A stretch of 64,000 nucleotides of DNA, taken from an uncultured candidate division WWE3 bacterium (GTDB lineage: Bacteria > Patescibacteriota > WWE3 > UBA101185 > UBA10185). How positions within the stretch are numbered: the stretch's first letter is position 1; each line of letters starts with the position of its first letter. The translations under genes were made by a program, and so were the position numbers. The notes beneath the pieces are model-generated. The model had not been told where the DNA came from. It saw nothing but the letters and a program-made list of their open reading frames with translations, and did no database searches. Positions 46,349 to 56,439 of this stretch are shown in pieces. The DNA lies in NCBI GenBank assembly GCA_963765125.1, contig CAVXUZ010000005.1, forward strand, positions 263,837-327,836. The letters run 5' to 3'.

Positions 46349-46978
46349 ATGAGCCCTATCACCTTATATAGAAAGCAAAGACAGATTTTAGATTATATTT
46401 CACAATATATACAACTTAACGGCACTTCTCCTACCCTACAAGAAATTGCTAACGCAATGGGCCTTTCTTCTCTTGCTACAGTCCATGAGCATCTTCAAAC
46501 ACTTCAAAAAAAAGGTGTAATTAAGAGATTTGAGGGCATGGTACGTGGAATTGAGATAGTTGATGACGCTTTTAGCACCGAACTTCACGCAATAGAACTC
46601 CCTGTAATAGGTTTCATTGCCGCAGGAGAGCCAATTGACGCCATTGAAAATCCAATTGATTCGGTCCTTGTATCAGCTGATTTGGTTTCAAAATCGAAAA
46701 GATGCTACGTTTTACAGGTCAGAGGCGACTCAATGATTTTAGAAGGTATTTTTGATGGTGATAATGTTGTAATACAGCAACAAGACACAGCTAATGATGG
46801 AGATATTATCGTGGCGTTACTAGACAACGGTTTTGCAACATTAAAAAAATTCTACAGAGAAAGCCCAACACAGGTGAGGCTGCAGCCAGCAAACGACTCT
46901 ATGGATCCAATCTACGTGCACCCAAAGGATTTAAAAATTCAAGGCAAGGTTTCAGGAATTATCAGACGATATAACTAG
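46349..46978 (+). CDS. lexA: SOS repressor LexA
   Basis: SPTLQEIA...SLATVHEHL wHTH, IAAG cleavage site, GDSM, TLKK. Confidence 0.97.
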   Translation: MSPITLYRKQRQILDYISQYIQLNGTSPTLQEIANAMGLSSLATVHEHLQTLQKKGVIKRFEGMVRGIEIVDDAFSTELHAIELPVIGFIAAGEPIDAIENPIDSVLVSADLVSKSKRCYVLQVRGDSMILEGIFDGDNVVIQQQDTANDGDIIVALLDNGFATLKKFYRESPTQVRLQPANDSMDPIYVHPKDLKIQGKVSGIIRRYN

Positions 46979-47649
46979 ACTTTATACTTAAAGAATATTT
47001 TTAGTCTTTCCAATATCTTTTCATGAATACTCTTTTTGTTTTCTTTGTAAATATGCCAAATCGGTGGTGCAACTGAAACAATTATTATCAATAGTACTAT
47101 TGGTAGTAAATATTTATCGACATTAGGAATTACGCTTCCCAGGTAGTACCCCGCCCAAGTCATTCCCCATGTCCATAAAGTACCACCAAGAAAATTATAA
47201 AAAGTAAACTTCTTATGATCCATCTTACCTATGCCCGCGACAATTGGAACAAAGGTACGTACCACAGGTATAAACCTCGCCAACGTAATAGCCTTTCCAC
47301 CATGCTTTTCATAAAATTCTTGCGCCTTAATAACGTTTTTCGGATTAAACAAAAATGATTCTTTTTTTCTAAATAGCTGACTTCCAACTCTTTTTCCAAA
47401 TTCATAACCTACATTGTCACCTACAACTGCAGCTATCCATGCGCCAATTACAAGTGGCCAGATTTTAAATAGAGAAAAAGCCGGTGATGATAAAAGCCCA
47501 GCAGTAAAAAGAAGGCTGTCGCCAGGTAAAAAGAAACCTACTAAAAGTCCGGATTCAGCGAAAACAACTCCCCAAACACCAAAAATACCTATCAACTCAA
47601 CAAAAGCCATAATATCGTGGCTAATAAAAGCGTTTATGATTTCTTGCAT
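46975..47649 (-). CDS. DedA family membrane protein
   Basis: FAESGLLVGFFLPGDSLL, ARFIPVVRTF; start placed at MQEIIN. Confidence 0.95.
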   Translation of the reverse strand: MQEIINAFISHDIMAFVELIGIFGVWGVVFAESGLLVGFFLPGDSLLFTAGLLSSPAFSLFKIWPLVIGAWIAAVVGDNVGYEFGKRVGSQLFRKKESFLFNPKNVIKAQEFYEKHGGKAITLARFIPVVRTFVPIVAGIGKMDHKKFTFYNFLGGTLWTWGMTWAGYYLGSVIPNVDKYLLPIVLLIIIVSVAPPIWHIYKENKKSIHEKILERLKIFFKYKV

Positions 47650-47687
47650 AAGATTGATGATATCATATCTTATGCTAATATTTAGAC

Positions 47688-48377
47688 ATGGATTTAACTG
47701 CCCTCTATCAACAATACTCCAAAGAAAAAGTAGATGACGCATTAGAAATTTTAAATTATAAAAAGCCCATCGACCCTTTACCTAAAGACGAAGATGACAA
47801 TCTGCCTACTATCTATATATTTCGACATGGCCAATCTGAAGATAACCTTGAAATGAAATTTAGCGGGTGGAGAGACCCCGGCCTCACAGATAAAGGTCGA
47901 GAGGGTGCTGAGGCACTTGCTGAATTATTAAAAGATAAAAAGTTTGGAATGTTAATTTCGTCTACTCAAAAAAGAGCAATTGAAACTATGCAAATTGCAG
48001 TTTCAAAAAACGCATTAGCGAAGGATTTAGAAATAGTTAAAGACGAGCGACTCCGTGAAAGAAATTACGGAGTTCTTAACGGCTACAGCAAACTTGAACT
48101 ATTTTTATGGAATGAAAAACTTCTTGAGGCATTTCGCCGTGGTTTTGATATTATTCCGCCAGAAGGGGAAAGTTTAAAAATGGTGTGTGAAAGAGTTGCA
48201 AATTTTTGTGACGAAATTGTACCTCTAATTAAATCTAATGGGTTTGATGTTGCTATATCGTGCCACGGTAATTCAATAAGAGGATTTAGAAAATATTTTG
48301 AGAAGTTAAGCGACGATGAGGTTACAGAATTCGAAACACCACTAGCAAAAGATTATCTTGCATATACATTAAGATAA
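47688..48377 (+). CDS. Histidine phosphatase family, probable dPGM phosphoglycerate mutase
   Basis: RHGQS..N...FSGWRD, LRERNYG, PEGESL, HGNSIR; near eno. Confidence 0.88.
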   Translation: MDLTALYQQYSKEKVDDALEILNYKKPIDPLPKDEDDNLPTIYIFRHGQSEDNLEMKFSGWRDPGLTDKGREGAEALAELLKDKKFGMLISSTQKRAIETMQIAVSKNALAKDLEIVKDERLRERNYGVLNGYSKLELFLWNEKLLEAFRRGFDIIPPEGESLKMVCERVANFCDEIVPLIKSNGFDVAISCHGNSIRGFRKYFEKLSDDEVTEFETPLAKDYLAYTLR

Positions 48378-48438
48378 TTTTATTTTTCTTTTAATTGGTG
48401 TAGAATACCCCATATCTTACGTAAAAGGAGAGTGAAGT

Positions 48439-48696
48439 ATGGGTGAATTTTGTAAGCAGTGCGGAAAAGAGCTTTTTACAGACTTTTCTGAGATTAACAA
48501 GGCTATTAAGCGTATGCAAAATCGCAGAACCAGCAACGACTCAACGTTGCCAAAGGGCGCTAAAATTTATGCTTACCCTTGCCGCTATCATAAAGGAGCA
48601 AAGCATTTAACCAGCAAACCACCGCGAGCTAAAAGAACAAAGGGAAGAAAAGAAGACGCTGTTAAAAAAACAATTATGGAAGAGTTATCAATCTAA
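48439..48696 (+). CDS. Small basic orphan protein, possible Zn binder
   Basis: AAGGAG SD, own terminator; CKQC...CRYH...HLTS. Confidence 0.75.
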   Translation: MGEFCKQCGKELFTDFSEINKAIKRMQNRRTSNDSTLPKGAKIYAYPCRYHKGAKHLTSKPPRAKRTKGRKEDAVKKTIMEELSI

Positions 48697-48723
48697 GGAC
48701 CATTTTAAAAAGTGGTCCTTTTT
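48695..48723. terminator. Terminator between convergent orphan gene and eno
   Basis: AAGGACCATTTT...AAGTGGTCCTTTTT. Confidence 0.8.
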
Positions 48724-48724
48724 C

Positions 48725-49957
48725 TTAACCAAAAATCTCAGCAAAGATATCAAGAAGTCTATTGTATTTAACTACACGTTCACCTCTTACCGGTGCGCCA
48801 GCTTTCAAAAACTCTGCGCCGACTGCTAACGCTAAATCACTTATGAATGTATCTTCGGCGTTATCACCACTTCTATGAGATACAACTATTTGCATTCTGT
48901 TCTTCTGTGCCATTCTAATAAAGTCGAATGTTTCTGTTAGTGACCCAACTTGATTTGGTTTTACAATGACAGCGTTTGCCAATTTTTTTTCAACTGCTTT
49001 TTCAAGATATTTCACATTTGTCACAACAAGATCATCCGCAACAACCATTAGCTTGTTTGAAAATCTATTAAAAAACATTTCCCAACCGTCGAAGTCACGT
49101 TCATAGAAAGGGTCTTCAACATAAATAAGCGGGTATTTCTTTATCAACTCATTATAGTAATCGGTAAATTGTGAATCGTTAAGTTCAAGATCCTCTTCAG
49201 AAATCTTGTATAGTTCGTGCTCTACAAAAGACTCAGCCGCTACGTCCATACCCAAAAACACCTCTTCGCCTACTTTATAGTTCTTTGAAGCTGCTGCGAC
49301 AATAGAATCAAGCGCCTTGTGCGCGTTGAAATTTGAGGGTGCAAAACCCCCCTCATCACCAACACCAACACCATAACCCTCATTAAAAAGCTGCTCTTTT
49401 AGAGCAAGGTAGGTGTTTACTCCCATCTCCATCTGTTTCATAAAATTTAAATTCGGCGCAGGTATGATCATAAATTCCTGAAACGATAGATTGTTAGCTG
49501 CGTGTTTACCGCCATTTAAAATATTAAAAACGGGTGTCGGAAATTTTAGATTGCGATCCTTTTTTACGTTAGAACCGTACAATTCCCCCAAATATTCAAA
49601 AAGTTGTATTCCCCTGCTCATCGCGCTCACTTGAGCTACACACATTGAAACCGACAAAATTGTATTTCCTCCGAGATTTTTCTTTGTGGGTGTTCCATCC
49701 ATATCCAGTAGGATTTTATCTATTTTTGCCTGATCGTAACAGTCCTCACCAACCAACGCATCATTAACTGCTGTCGATAACAATGAAATAGCTTTTTCCA
49801 CAGGAACATAAACTGCCTCATTTTCACCTCTCGATGCACCACCAGGGACTGTCTGTTCATAGTAAATGCCGTTATCGAGAGTTACACGAGTGTCAACCGT
49901 CCATGTTCCACGGGAATTGATTATCTTATGAGCCTTTATTTCTTGTATTTTAGGCAT
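48725..49957 (-). CDS. eno: Enolase
   Basis: QEFMI, GDEGGF, EDPF, DDL, KPNQVG, SHRSG, KYNRLL. Confidence 0.95.
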   Translation of the reverse strand: MPKIQEIKAHKIINSRGTWTVDTRVTLDNGIYYEQTVPGGASRGENEAVYVPVEKAISLLSTAVNDALVGEDCYDQAKIDKILLDMDGTPTKKNLGGNTILSVSMCVAQVSAMSRGIQLFEYLGELYGSNVKKDRNLKFPTPVFNILNGGKHAANNLSFQEFMIIPAPNLNFMKQMEMGVNTYLALKEQLFNEGYGVGVGDEGGFAPSNFNAHKALDSIVAAASKNYKVGEEVFLGMDVAAESFVEHELYKISEEDLELNDSQFTDYYNELIKKYPLIYVEDPFYERDFDGWEMFFNRFSNKLMVVADDLVVTNVKYLEKAVEKKLANAVIVKPNQVGSLTETFDFIRMAQKNRMQIVVSHRSGDNAEDTFISDLALAVGAEFLKAGAPVRGERVVKYNRLLDIFAEIFG

Positions 49958-49970
49958 GGGCAGCCTTCTT

Positions 49971-52262
49971 CTACTTTTTCTTAGAAGTGTGCTTTGTTTT
50001 GTGGTTTACACCCAAAACTTTTTTCTCCATTTCGTAAACAATCATTCTTGTTTTATCGATAACATCGGGACTGAGCGAAACTGACGTAATACCCCAATCT
50101 ACAAGCTTTTCTACGAGTTCCGGATAGACAGATGGCGCCTGACCGCAAATTGACGAGGTAATACCACGTTTTTTTGCTGTCTTTACTATTTTTTCAAGAC
50201 TGTTGAGTACTGCAGGATCCATTTCTGAGTAAAATCCAGCTATTCTTTCGTTGTCTCGATCAACACCTAGTGTAAGCATTGTGAGATCATTCGTACCAAC
50301 CGATACGCCGTCAATTCCAATATCGATGAATTCATCTAGCAAAATTACATTCGCAGGAATTTCGACCATCATCCAAACTTTAAACGAACCGCTTCTCTTT
50401 AGACCATATGATGCCATTAATTTTTTAACGTTAATGAGCTCGTCTAAGGTTCTAACAAATGGGAACATCACATGCAGATTTTTATAACCTTTTTTGTTTC
50501 TTACATTCTGAATTGCCTCAATCTCTAGTTTAAAAACTTCTGCGTCTTCTAGGTAACGTCCGGTTCCTCTAAAACCAATCATCGGATTTGCTTCATCCAT
50601 TTCGAATTCTTCGCCGCCTTTTAATCCTTTGTACTCGTTAGATCTAAAATCTGTAAAACGATAGACAACTGGTCTAGGACTAAATGCAGCTACAAAGGTT
50701 TCTAAACCCTCAGTCAGCTGATTGATAAAATCTTTTTCTTTACCTTCTTTTATAAACGCCCTTGGATGTTTACCAATGTTTGCAATCATAAACTCAGCTC
50801 TTAACAAACCAATTCCGTCGACGTTTAATGCCGCCATCTCGCCTGCCAACTGAGGTTCTGCAAGGTTCATATAGATCTTTGTGGCTGTTTTAATGTTTGA
50901 GGTATCAATTTTCTCTGCCTTTACAGTCATTGTTAAATCACCCTCATATACCTTGCCAGATTCGCCATCAACCGTGATTAACTCATCATTTTTTAACATT
51001 TTTGTCGCGTGCAACGACCCTACTATCGCTGGAACACCTAATTCTCTGGATACAATAGCTGCGTGGCTCGTTCTTCCACCCTCGTCGGTTACAATTGCAG
51101 CTGCTCTTTTCATTGCAGGTACAAAGTCAGGGTTGGTCATAACAGCAACCAAAATATCACCCTCTTTTACTTTGTCGATTTCTTCAGAACTTTGAAGAAT
51201 CTTTACCGGTCCGTGTGTAACACCTGGGGATGCGCCTAATCCTTCAAGAATTAATTTACCCTTCTTAGCGGGGTCGACTTTTTCAACCGTATCTCTGTTG
51301 TTGGCTGATACTTTAAGGGTTGTTACAGGTCTTGATTGAACAATATAGAGCTTTCCATCTTCCATACCCCATTCAATATCTTGTGGGTGCTTATAATGCT
51401 CCTCGATCTTCATACCAATTTTGGCGAGCTCAACAACAAGACTATTTTTCATCTTTTGAACCTTCTGATATTTCTTTGAGATGGGTACTTTCTTTTCAAT
51501 TGTAAACTGCCATGTTTGCGTAGAAATATTTTTTGACGTTATCTCTTGTGATTTTTTGTTGACGATGTACTGATCTGGGGTTAACTCTCCTGATACAACT
51601 GGTTGACCAAGACCAAAAGCAGCTTCGACAGACACTTCTGCTGGATTGTTTGTCATCGGATTTACTGTAAACATAATTCCAGAGATTTCTGATTGAACCA
51701 TCATCTGTACTGGAACCGCAATACCAACTTTAAAATGATCAAAACCCTTTTCTGTTCTATAGAATATTGCTCTTGAGGTAAACAAAGACGCCCAACACAT
51801 TTGAACGTGTTTAACAACGTCTTGCCATCCTGATACGTTAAGGTAAGTGTCTTGCTGACCCGCAAATGACGCGTCTGGCAAGTCTTCTGCTGTTGCTGAT
51901 GATCTTACTGCAACATATCTATCATGCTCGCCACATAAATTGTGGTAAGCCTCTTTAATTTGTCCAGCCAACTCATCTGGCATGTCAGCAGCGAGTATTG
52001 CTGTTTGAATATTTTTTGATGCTTCTTGAAGTTTTTTTGAATCGTTCATATCCAAACCAGTAAGCTCGGTTAATATTTTTTGACGAAGCGAGGTGAGATC
52101 TAAAAAGTCATAATACGCTTTTGCGGTGACTATAAATCCATCAGGTACAGGTATTCCGGCATTAATCATCTCACCGAGATTTGCGCCTTTGCCGCCAACG
52201 AGCGGGATATCAGTTTTTCCAACTTGATCGAAACGGAGTATTTGGGCAGTTTGTTTATTCAT
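49971..52262 (-). CDS. ppsA: Phosphoenolpyruvate synthase (pyruvate, water dikinase)
   Basis: VGGKGANLGE, RSSATAEDLP.ASFAGQQ, GGRTSHAAIVSRE, NPMIGFRG, ICGQAPS. Confidence 0.97.
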   Translation of the reverse strand: MNKQTAQILRFDQVGKTDIPLVGGKGANLGEMINAGIPVPDGFIVTAKAYYDFLDLTSLRQKILTELTGLDMNDSKKLQEASKNIQTAILAADMPDELAGQIKEAYHNLCGEHDRYVAVRSSATAEDLPDASFAGQQDTYLNVSGWQDVVKHVQMCWASLFTSRAIFYRTEKGFDHFKVGIAVPVQMMVQSEISGIMFTVNPMTNNPAEVSVEAAFGLGQPVVSGELTPDQYIVNKKSQEITSKNISTQTWQFTIEKKVPISKKYQKVQKMKNSLVVELAKIGMKIEEHYKHPQDIEWGMEDGKLYIVQSRPVTTLKVSANNRDTVEKVDPAKKGKLILEGLGASPGVTHGPVKILQSSEEIDKVKEGDILVAVMTNPDFVPAMKRAAAIVTDEGGRTSHAAIVSRELGVPAIVGSLHATKMLKNDELITVDGESGKVYEGDLTMTVKAEKIDTSNIKTATKIYMNLAEPQLAGEMAALNVDGIGLLRAEFMIANIGKHPRAFIKEGKEKDFINQLTEGLETFVAAFSPRPVVYRFTDFRSNEYKGLKGGEEFEMDEANPMIGFRGTGRYLEDAEVFKLEIEAIQNVRNKKGYKNLHVMFPFVRTLDELINVKKLMASYGLKRSGSFKVWMMVEIPANVILLDEFIDIGIDGVSVGTNDLTMLTLGVDRDNERIAGFYSEMDPAVLNSLEKIVKTAKKRGITSSICGQAPSVYPELVEKLVDWGITSVSLSPDVIDKTRMIVYEMEKKVLGVNHKTKHTSKKK

Positions 52263-52278
52263 GTTTATTTTAAAAATC

Positions 52279-53667
52279 CTAAAAATTTATATTTAACTTA
52301 ACTATACTAACATTTTTTATTGCGTCACGTACTATCTGAAGTAAGTGATTTTTCTCTTCTTCATCCTTACCTTCGACTCTAATACTAAGGTATGGTGATG
52401 TATTTGACGCCCGAATTAGAAACCAACCTGTCTTGGTCACGAGCACTCTAATTCCATCGATATCAACCATTTTTTGGTACTTATGGTTATTCATAACGTC
52501 AATTTTTATGAGATTAATGACCTTAAACTTATCCTCATCAGGACAATCTACCTTAATTTCATTCGTAGAGTACCTTTTTGGATATTCAGCCATCATTTCT
52601 GAAAGCTTTTTCTTAGATTTGTCGAGTATTTCGACAAGTCTTAACGACGCATAGAGTCCGTCATCATAGCCAAAATACCTGTCGGAGAAATAAATATGGC
52701 CAGAATATTCGGCTCCGAGAATCGCGTTATCTTCAACCTCATCGGCAAAGTAAGGATGACCTGTACGCATTACTTTTGGTATACCTTTGTATTTAGTTAT
52801 ATACTCATCAACAATAGATGAACACTTAACATCGTACACGACTGTTTTTCCGGGATTTTTTTGAAGAACGTGCTTCGCGTAAAGCAAAAGTAATATGTCG
52901 GTATCATAAACTACGCCTTTATCGTCTACCATTCCAAAGCGATCACCGTCAGTATCGTATGCAAGACCAACGTCGGCACCATTTTCTAATACGTAATGCC
53001 TTAAATCTTCCATGTATAATTTATTTTCCGGATCAGGGACACCTTTTGGAAAATTACTATCATATCTACAGTAAACTGGAAAAATATGACAATTCATATT
53101 TTCAAACAACTTTGTTGCAATTTCACTCGTTGCGCCGCTTCCACAATCGATTACTACCTTAAGATTTTTTTTAAAACTAAACTGCTTTTTCAAATACTCA
53201 ATATATTTTTTATTAAGGTCTGCTACCTCAAGATCTCCTGTGCCATATGTGTAATCCCCGTGGTCAACTATAAACCTAATCATCAGTAAAAGGTCGCCGT
53301 AAAATGATCTTGCGTTACGATAATCGATTCTAAACCCATTAAATTCTTTAGGATTATGACTCGCAGTAACGTTAATACCCATATCAAAATCTTCTTTGAT
53401 CGTAAAAAAGTGCATAGCTGGAGTGACAGATATTCCTGTGTCAGTAACGTGGCAACCAGCGCTCAACAAGCCTTTTATTAAATGCTCAGATAGCGATGGA
53501 GAACTTTCACGGTCATCTCTACAAACAACAACTCTAGGAAACTCAAATTTTTTTCTTAGAAGCGTGCCAAAAGCTCTTCCTAGATGCAAAGCTACATCTT
53601 CGTTAATCTCCGTAGGGTATACCCCTCTAATATCGTAATTTCTAAATATATTTTTTGAAACCTGCAT
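52279..53667 (-). CDS. Phosphomannomutase/phosphoglucomutase
   Basis: YDIRG, TASHNP, DTDGDR, EYSGH, RASNT. Confidence 0.95.
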   Translation of the reverse strand: MQVSKNIFRNYDIRGVYPTEINEDVALHLGRAFGTLLRKKFEFPRVVVCRDDRESSPSLSEHLIKGLLSAGCHVTDTGISVTPAMHFFTIKEDFDMGINVTASHNPKEFNGFRIDYRNARSFYGDLLLMIRFIVDHGDYTYGTGDLEVADLNKKYIEYLKKQFSFKKNLKVVIDCGSGATSEIATKLFENMNCHIFPVYCRYDSNFPKGVPDPENKLYMEDLRHYVLENGADVGLAYDTDGDRFGMVDDKGVVYDTDILLLLYAKHVLQKNPGKTVVYDVKCSSIVDEYITKYKGIPKVMRTGHPYFADEVEDNAILGAEYSGHIYFSDRYFGYDDGLYASLRLVEILDKSKKKLSEMMAEYPKRYSTNEIKVDCPDEDKFKVINLIKIDVMNNHKYQKMVDIDGIRVLVTKTGWFLIRASNTSPYLSIRVEGKDEEEKNHLLQIVRDAIKNVSIVKLNINF

Positions 53668-53675
53668 AACTTACC

Positions 53676-54521
53676 TCAATTTGTTGGCAGCGTGAAGGCA
53701 AACGTCGCCCCATAGGGCTTGGTGTCCTCAATCCAAATTCCACCACCGTGCGCCTCAATAATTGCTTTAGCAATAAATAGACCTAAACCGGTACCTTTTT
53801 GTTCAGTTTTTCTTTTTGATTCAACTTGAACATATTTGTTAAATAATTTTTCTTTCATTGGGTCAGGTATACCATCACCAGTGTCTGCAACACTCACTTG
53901 CACGTTTCCATCAGCCATAAGTTTTGACGATATTTTTACTGATTCGCCTTTAGGAGTAAATTTCAACGCATTAGATAAAAGATTATTCATAACGTGTTTA
54001 ATTCTGTCATCGTCAAATTCGAATTGTTTAATATTTTCATCAAGCTCTGTCTCAACTTTTAGTTCTTTCTCAAGTGCCAGAGTTGTATAGTAGGTGGTTT
54101 CGTTTTTCAATAAGGTATTTAAATCACCAACCCTTTTATGAAGCTCGAATCTTCCGGATTCAATTTTTGAGACATCCAAAATATCGTTTACAATAGCTAG
54201 CAAATCGGACGCCGACTCTTTAATTTGCGAAAGCATTGTAAACTTTTGGTCAGGACTCAACGCCTTTTCTTCACGAATTACGAGATCTGCTGAACCTTTA
54301 ATTACTGACAACGGCGACCTTAACTCGTGCACCATCATCGCTACGTAGTCATCTCTTTGTTTACCAATCTTGAATTGCTCTGACTCAGTCTTCAACAAAT
54401 GCTCAAATCTACCTTTAAGCTCAGAATTTTCTTTTTCTTTTATAAAATAGAGGATAATAAAAATCACTAAAATTAGAGCCATTATGCCTATTAGTGTTGT
54501 AACAAGGGCAGTACTTATCAT
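53676..54521 (-). CDS. Histidine kinase with a single TM and no obvious sensor domain
   Basis: HELRSPL, NLLSNALKF, DTGDGI, GTGLGL. Confidence 0.95.
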   Translation of the reverse strand: MISTALVTTLIGIMALILVIFIILYFIKEKENSELKGRFEHLLKTESEQFKIGKQRDDYVAMMVHELRSPLSVIKGSADLVIREEKALSPDQKFTMLSQIKESASDLLAIVNDILDVSKIESGRFELHKRVGDLNTLLKNETTYYTTLALEKELKVETELDENIKQFEFDDDRIKHVMNNLLSNALKFTPKGESVKISSKLMADGNVQVSVADTGDGIPDPMKEKLFNKYVQVESKRKTEQKGTGLGLFIAKAIIEAHGGGIWIEDTKPYGATFAFTLPTN

Positions 54522-54531
54522 ATTTGGTGAT

Positions 54532-54933
54532 TTATCCGGTTAGCGATACTCCGGATTCTGATGCCTCGCCAATGTAAGAAGCGATCTTCTCCGGGAGCTC
54601 AGAGGGAACAAGATTATATTTCATCAGATAATCATCGGCGCCAAGCTCAACTGCTTTAGATATATTGTCGTCTGTTCCAAAGTTTGTAAGCATAATCACC
54701 GGTATTGAAACTGTCTCTTCTGCCTCTTTAAGCTCTTTTAAAATGTCTAAACCATTAATTCCTGGGAGAATAATATCAAGCAGAATAAGGTCAGGGTTTT
54801 CTTCTCTTATTCTTGATACAGCCATATTACCGTCTGCAACGTGAACAACGTTATGCCCCTTTAATTTCAACTCTGTTGCGCATAAATTAAAAAATGATTG
54901 GTCATCTTCAACAATAAGTATCTTTTTCGCCAT
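54532..54933 (-). CDS. Single-domain response regulator
   Basis: ILIVEDD, LLDIILP, IMLTN, YLMK. Confidence 0.95.
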   Translation of the reverse strand: MAKKILIVEDDQSFFNLCATELKLKGHNVVHVADGNMAVSRIREENPDLILLDIILPGINGLDILKELKEAEETVSIPVIMLTNFGTDDNISKAVELGADDYLMKYNLVPSELPEKIASYIGEASESGVSLTG

Positions 54934-55022
54934 AGGTTAATGTTACAAGAACAACAGCCAATCTTCAAGGGGAACACAAATATATATTGTTAAATCATTC
55001 TAAATAAACTATTCTTCACTTT

Positions 55023-56042
55023 ATGTGGAAATTTGTTGTTACAGCGCTAATAGTGTTATCAGTATTCACTATGGGGTTTGTTGTAATTAAAACCAACAGG
55101 TCATTGACCGAGGCTGGTATGGAAAAAATCGAGCTAAGTCCGTTTATTAAAAAGGCTGATGAGGCAGGGGGAAAAATAGAAGAGGATACCCAGCCGAGCA
55201 ATATTGACGCTAAAAGTCTAGATCTGATGTTATTTGGTATTGACCGCAGAAGTAGAGAAGAATTTGGCTACAGAACTGACATTATGGTACTTGTCTCAAT
55301 CGATCTCACAACAAAGCAAACAACCTTGACGTCACTCCCACGTGACTTATGGTGGGACGGAGGCAGATTAAATGCAGTTTTTCTTGGAAGTGGCTGGGAG
55401 AGCATGCAAAACGCAGTAGAAACTATAACGGGCAGAAGACCGGAGAAATATATACTTACAGATTTTAAAGACTTTTCTTGGATTGTTGACGCTATGGGTG
55501 GAGTTCCAGTTGAAGTTGAAACAACATTCTCTGATTCAGAATACCCAATAGATGAAACATTTGAGTATCAAACAGTTACATTCAACCAAGGCGCCGAATT
55601 GCTTACTGGAGAACGAGCACTTATATTTTCTAGATCAAGAAAAGGAACTAACGGAGAAGGAAGCGATTGGATGAGAATGCGTCGCCAACACAAAATTTTA
55701 AAGGGTATGCTTACGGCTGTACTTTCACCTAAAAGTATTTTTAATCCAATGGTAATCGAAAACGCATTCAAAACCGTGACAACAGCAAAAATGGACACAA
55801 ACCTTTCGCTAGAAGACGCAAAATACATTTGGGACCTATACAAAAATAGAGAGCTGTACAACATCTCGTCACTTTTTCTCGACAGCGCCTATCTGCACTC
55901 ACCACCGATGGAAGAATACGGAGGTGCGTGGGTTCTTGTACCGACCACTGGTTCGTATACTGAATTTCAAAATGTGTTGTCAGCCACTTTAAAAGGCCAG
56001 GTTTTAGAAACCCCTATTACAGAAACCGCACCACAAGAGTAA
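55023..56042 (+). CDS. LCP (LytR-CpsA-Psr) family glycopolymer transferase
   Basis: GIDRR, RTDIM, SLPRD, GGVPVEV, SRSRK, SDWMRMRRQ. Confidence 0.93.
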   Translation: MWKFVVTALIVLSVFTMGFVVIKTNRSLTEAGMEKIELSPFIKKADEAGGKIEEDTQPSNIDAKSLDLMLFGIDRRSREEFGYRTDIMVLVSIDLTTKQTTLTSLPRDLWWDGGRLNAVFLGSGWESMQNAVETITGRRPEKYILTDFKDFSWIVDAMGGVPVEVETTFSDSEYPIDETFEYQTVTFNQGAELLTGERALIFSRSRKGTNGEGSDWMRMRRQHKILKGMLTAVLSPKSIFNPMVIENAFKTVTTAKMDTNLSLEDAKYIWDLYKNRELYNISSLFLDSAYLHSPPMEEYGGAWVLVPTTGSYTEFQNVLSATLKGQVLETPITETAPQE

Positions 56043-56045
56043 ATG

Positions 56046-56393
56046 CTAGCTAATTAAACAAAATTTGACTCTTATTCCAGAATCTAGTTTGTAGATATAT
56101 AATGCCGCAATTTTCCAACCGCAGTGCTCACCTGTAAAGCTGTCTAAAAATTGGTAAATTGTTCTTCTCAATTTTCTTAGTTTATATTTTGATATTATCG
56201 GGTACTTTTTTCGAAAACCGTTTAAGACCCTGTACTTTACCTCAACAAAAACTAAAATATCATTCTTTTTTGTAACTAGATCAATTTCCCCAAATCTGCA
56301 TCTCCAATTTCTGTCGATTACATCGTAACCACATGACGTCAAAATCCTTGAAGCGATCTTCTCACCATAAATCCCTTTTTCAGTCGTACTCAT
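56046..56393 (-). CDS. YraN family PD-(D/E)xK endonuclease
   Basis: GEKIA...GY.VIDRNWR...GEIDLV...VFVEVKYR. Confidence 0.92.
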   Translation of the reverse strand: MSTTEKGIYGEKIASRILTSCGYDVIDRNWRCRFGEIDLVTKKNDILVFVEVKYRVLNGFRKKYPIISKYKLRKLRRTIYQFLDSFTGEHCGWKIAALYIYKLDSGIRVKFCLIS

Positions 56394-56439
56394 AAGGGAA
56401 ATATATTTAATATAATTGAAGAATTAAAGATTGAATATT

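Noticed and set aside
47650-47742. Apparent head-to-head overlap of dedA and gpm
   Set aside because: It disappears when dedA is started at ATG 47649, where family similarity begins
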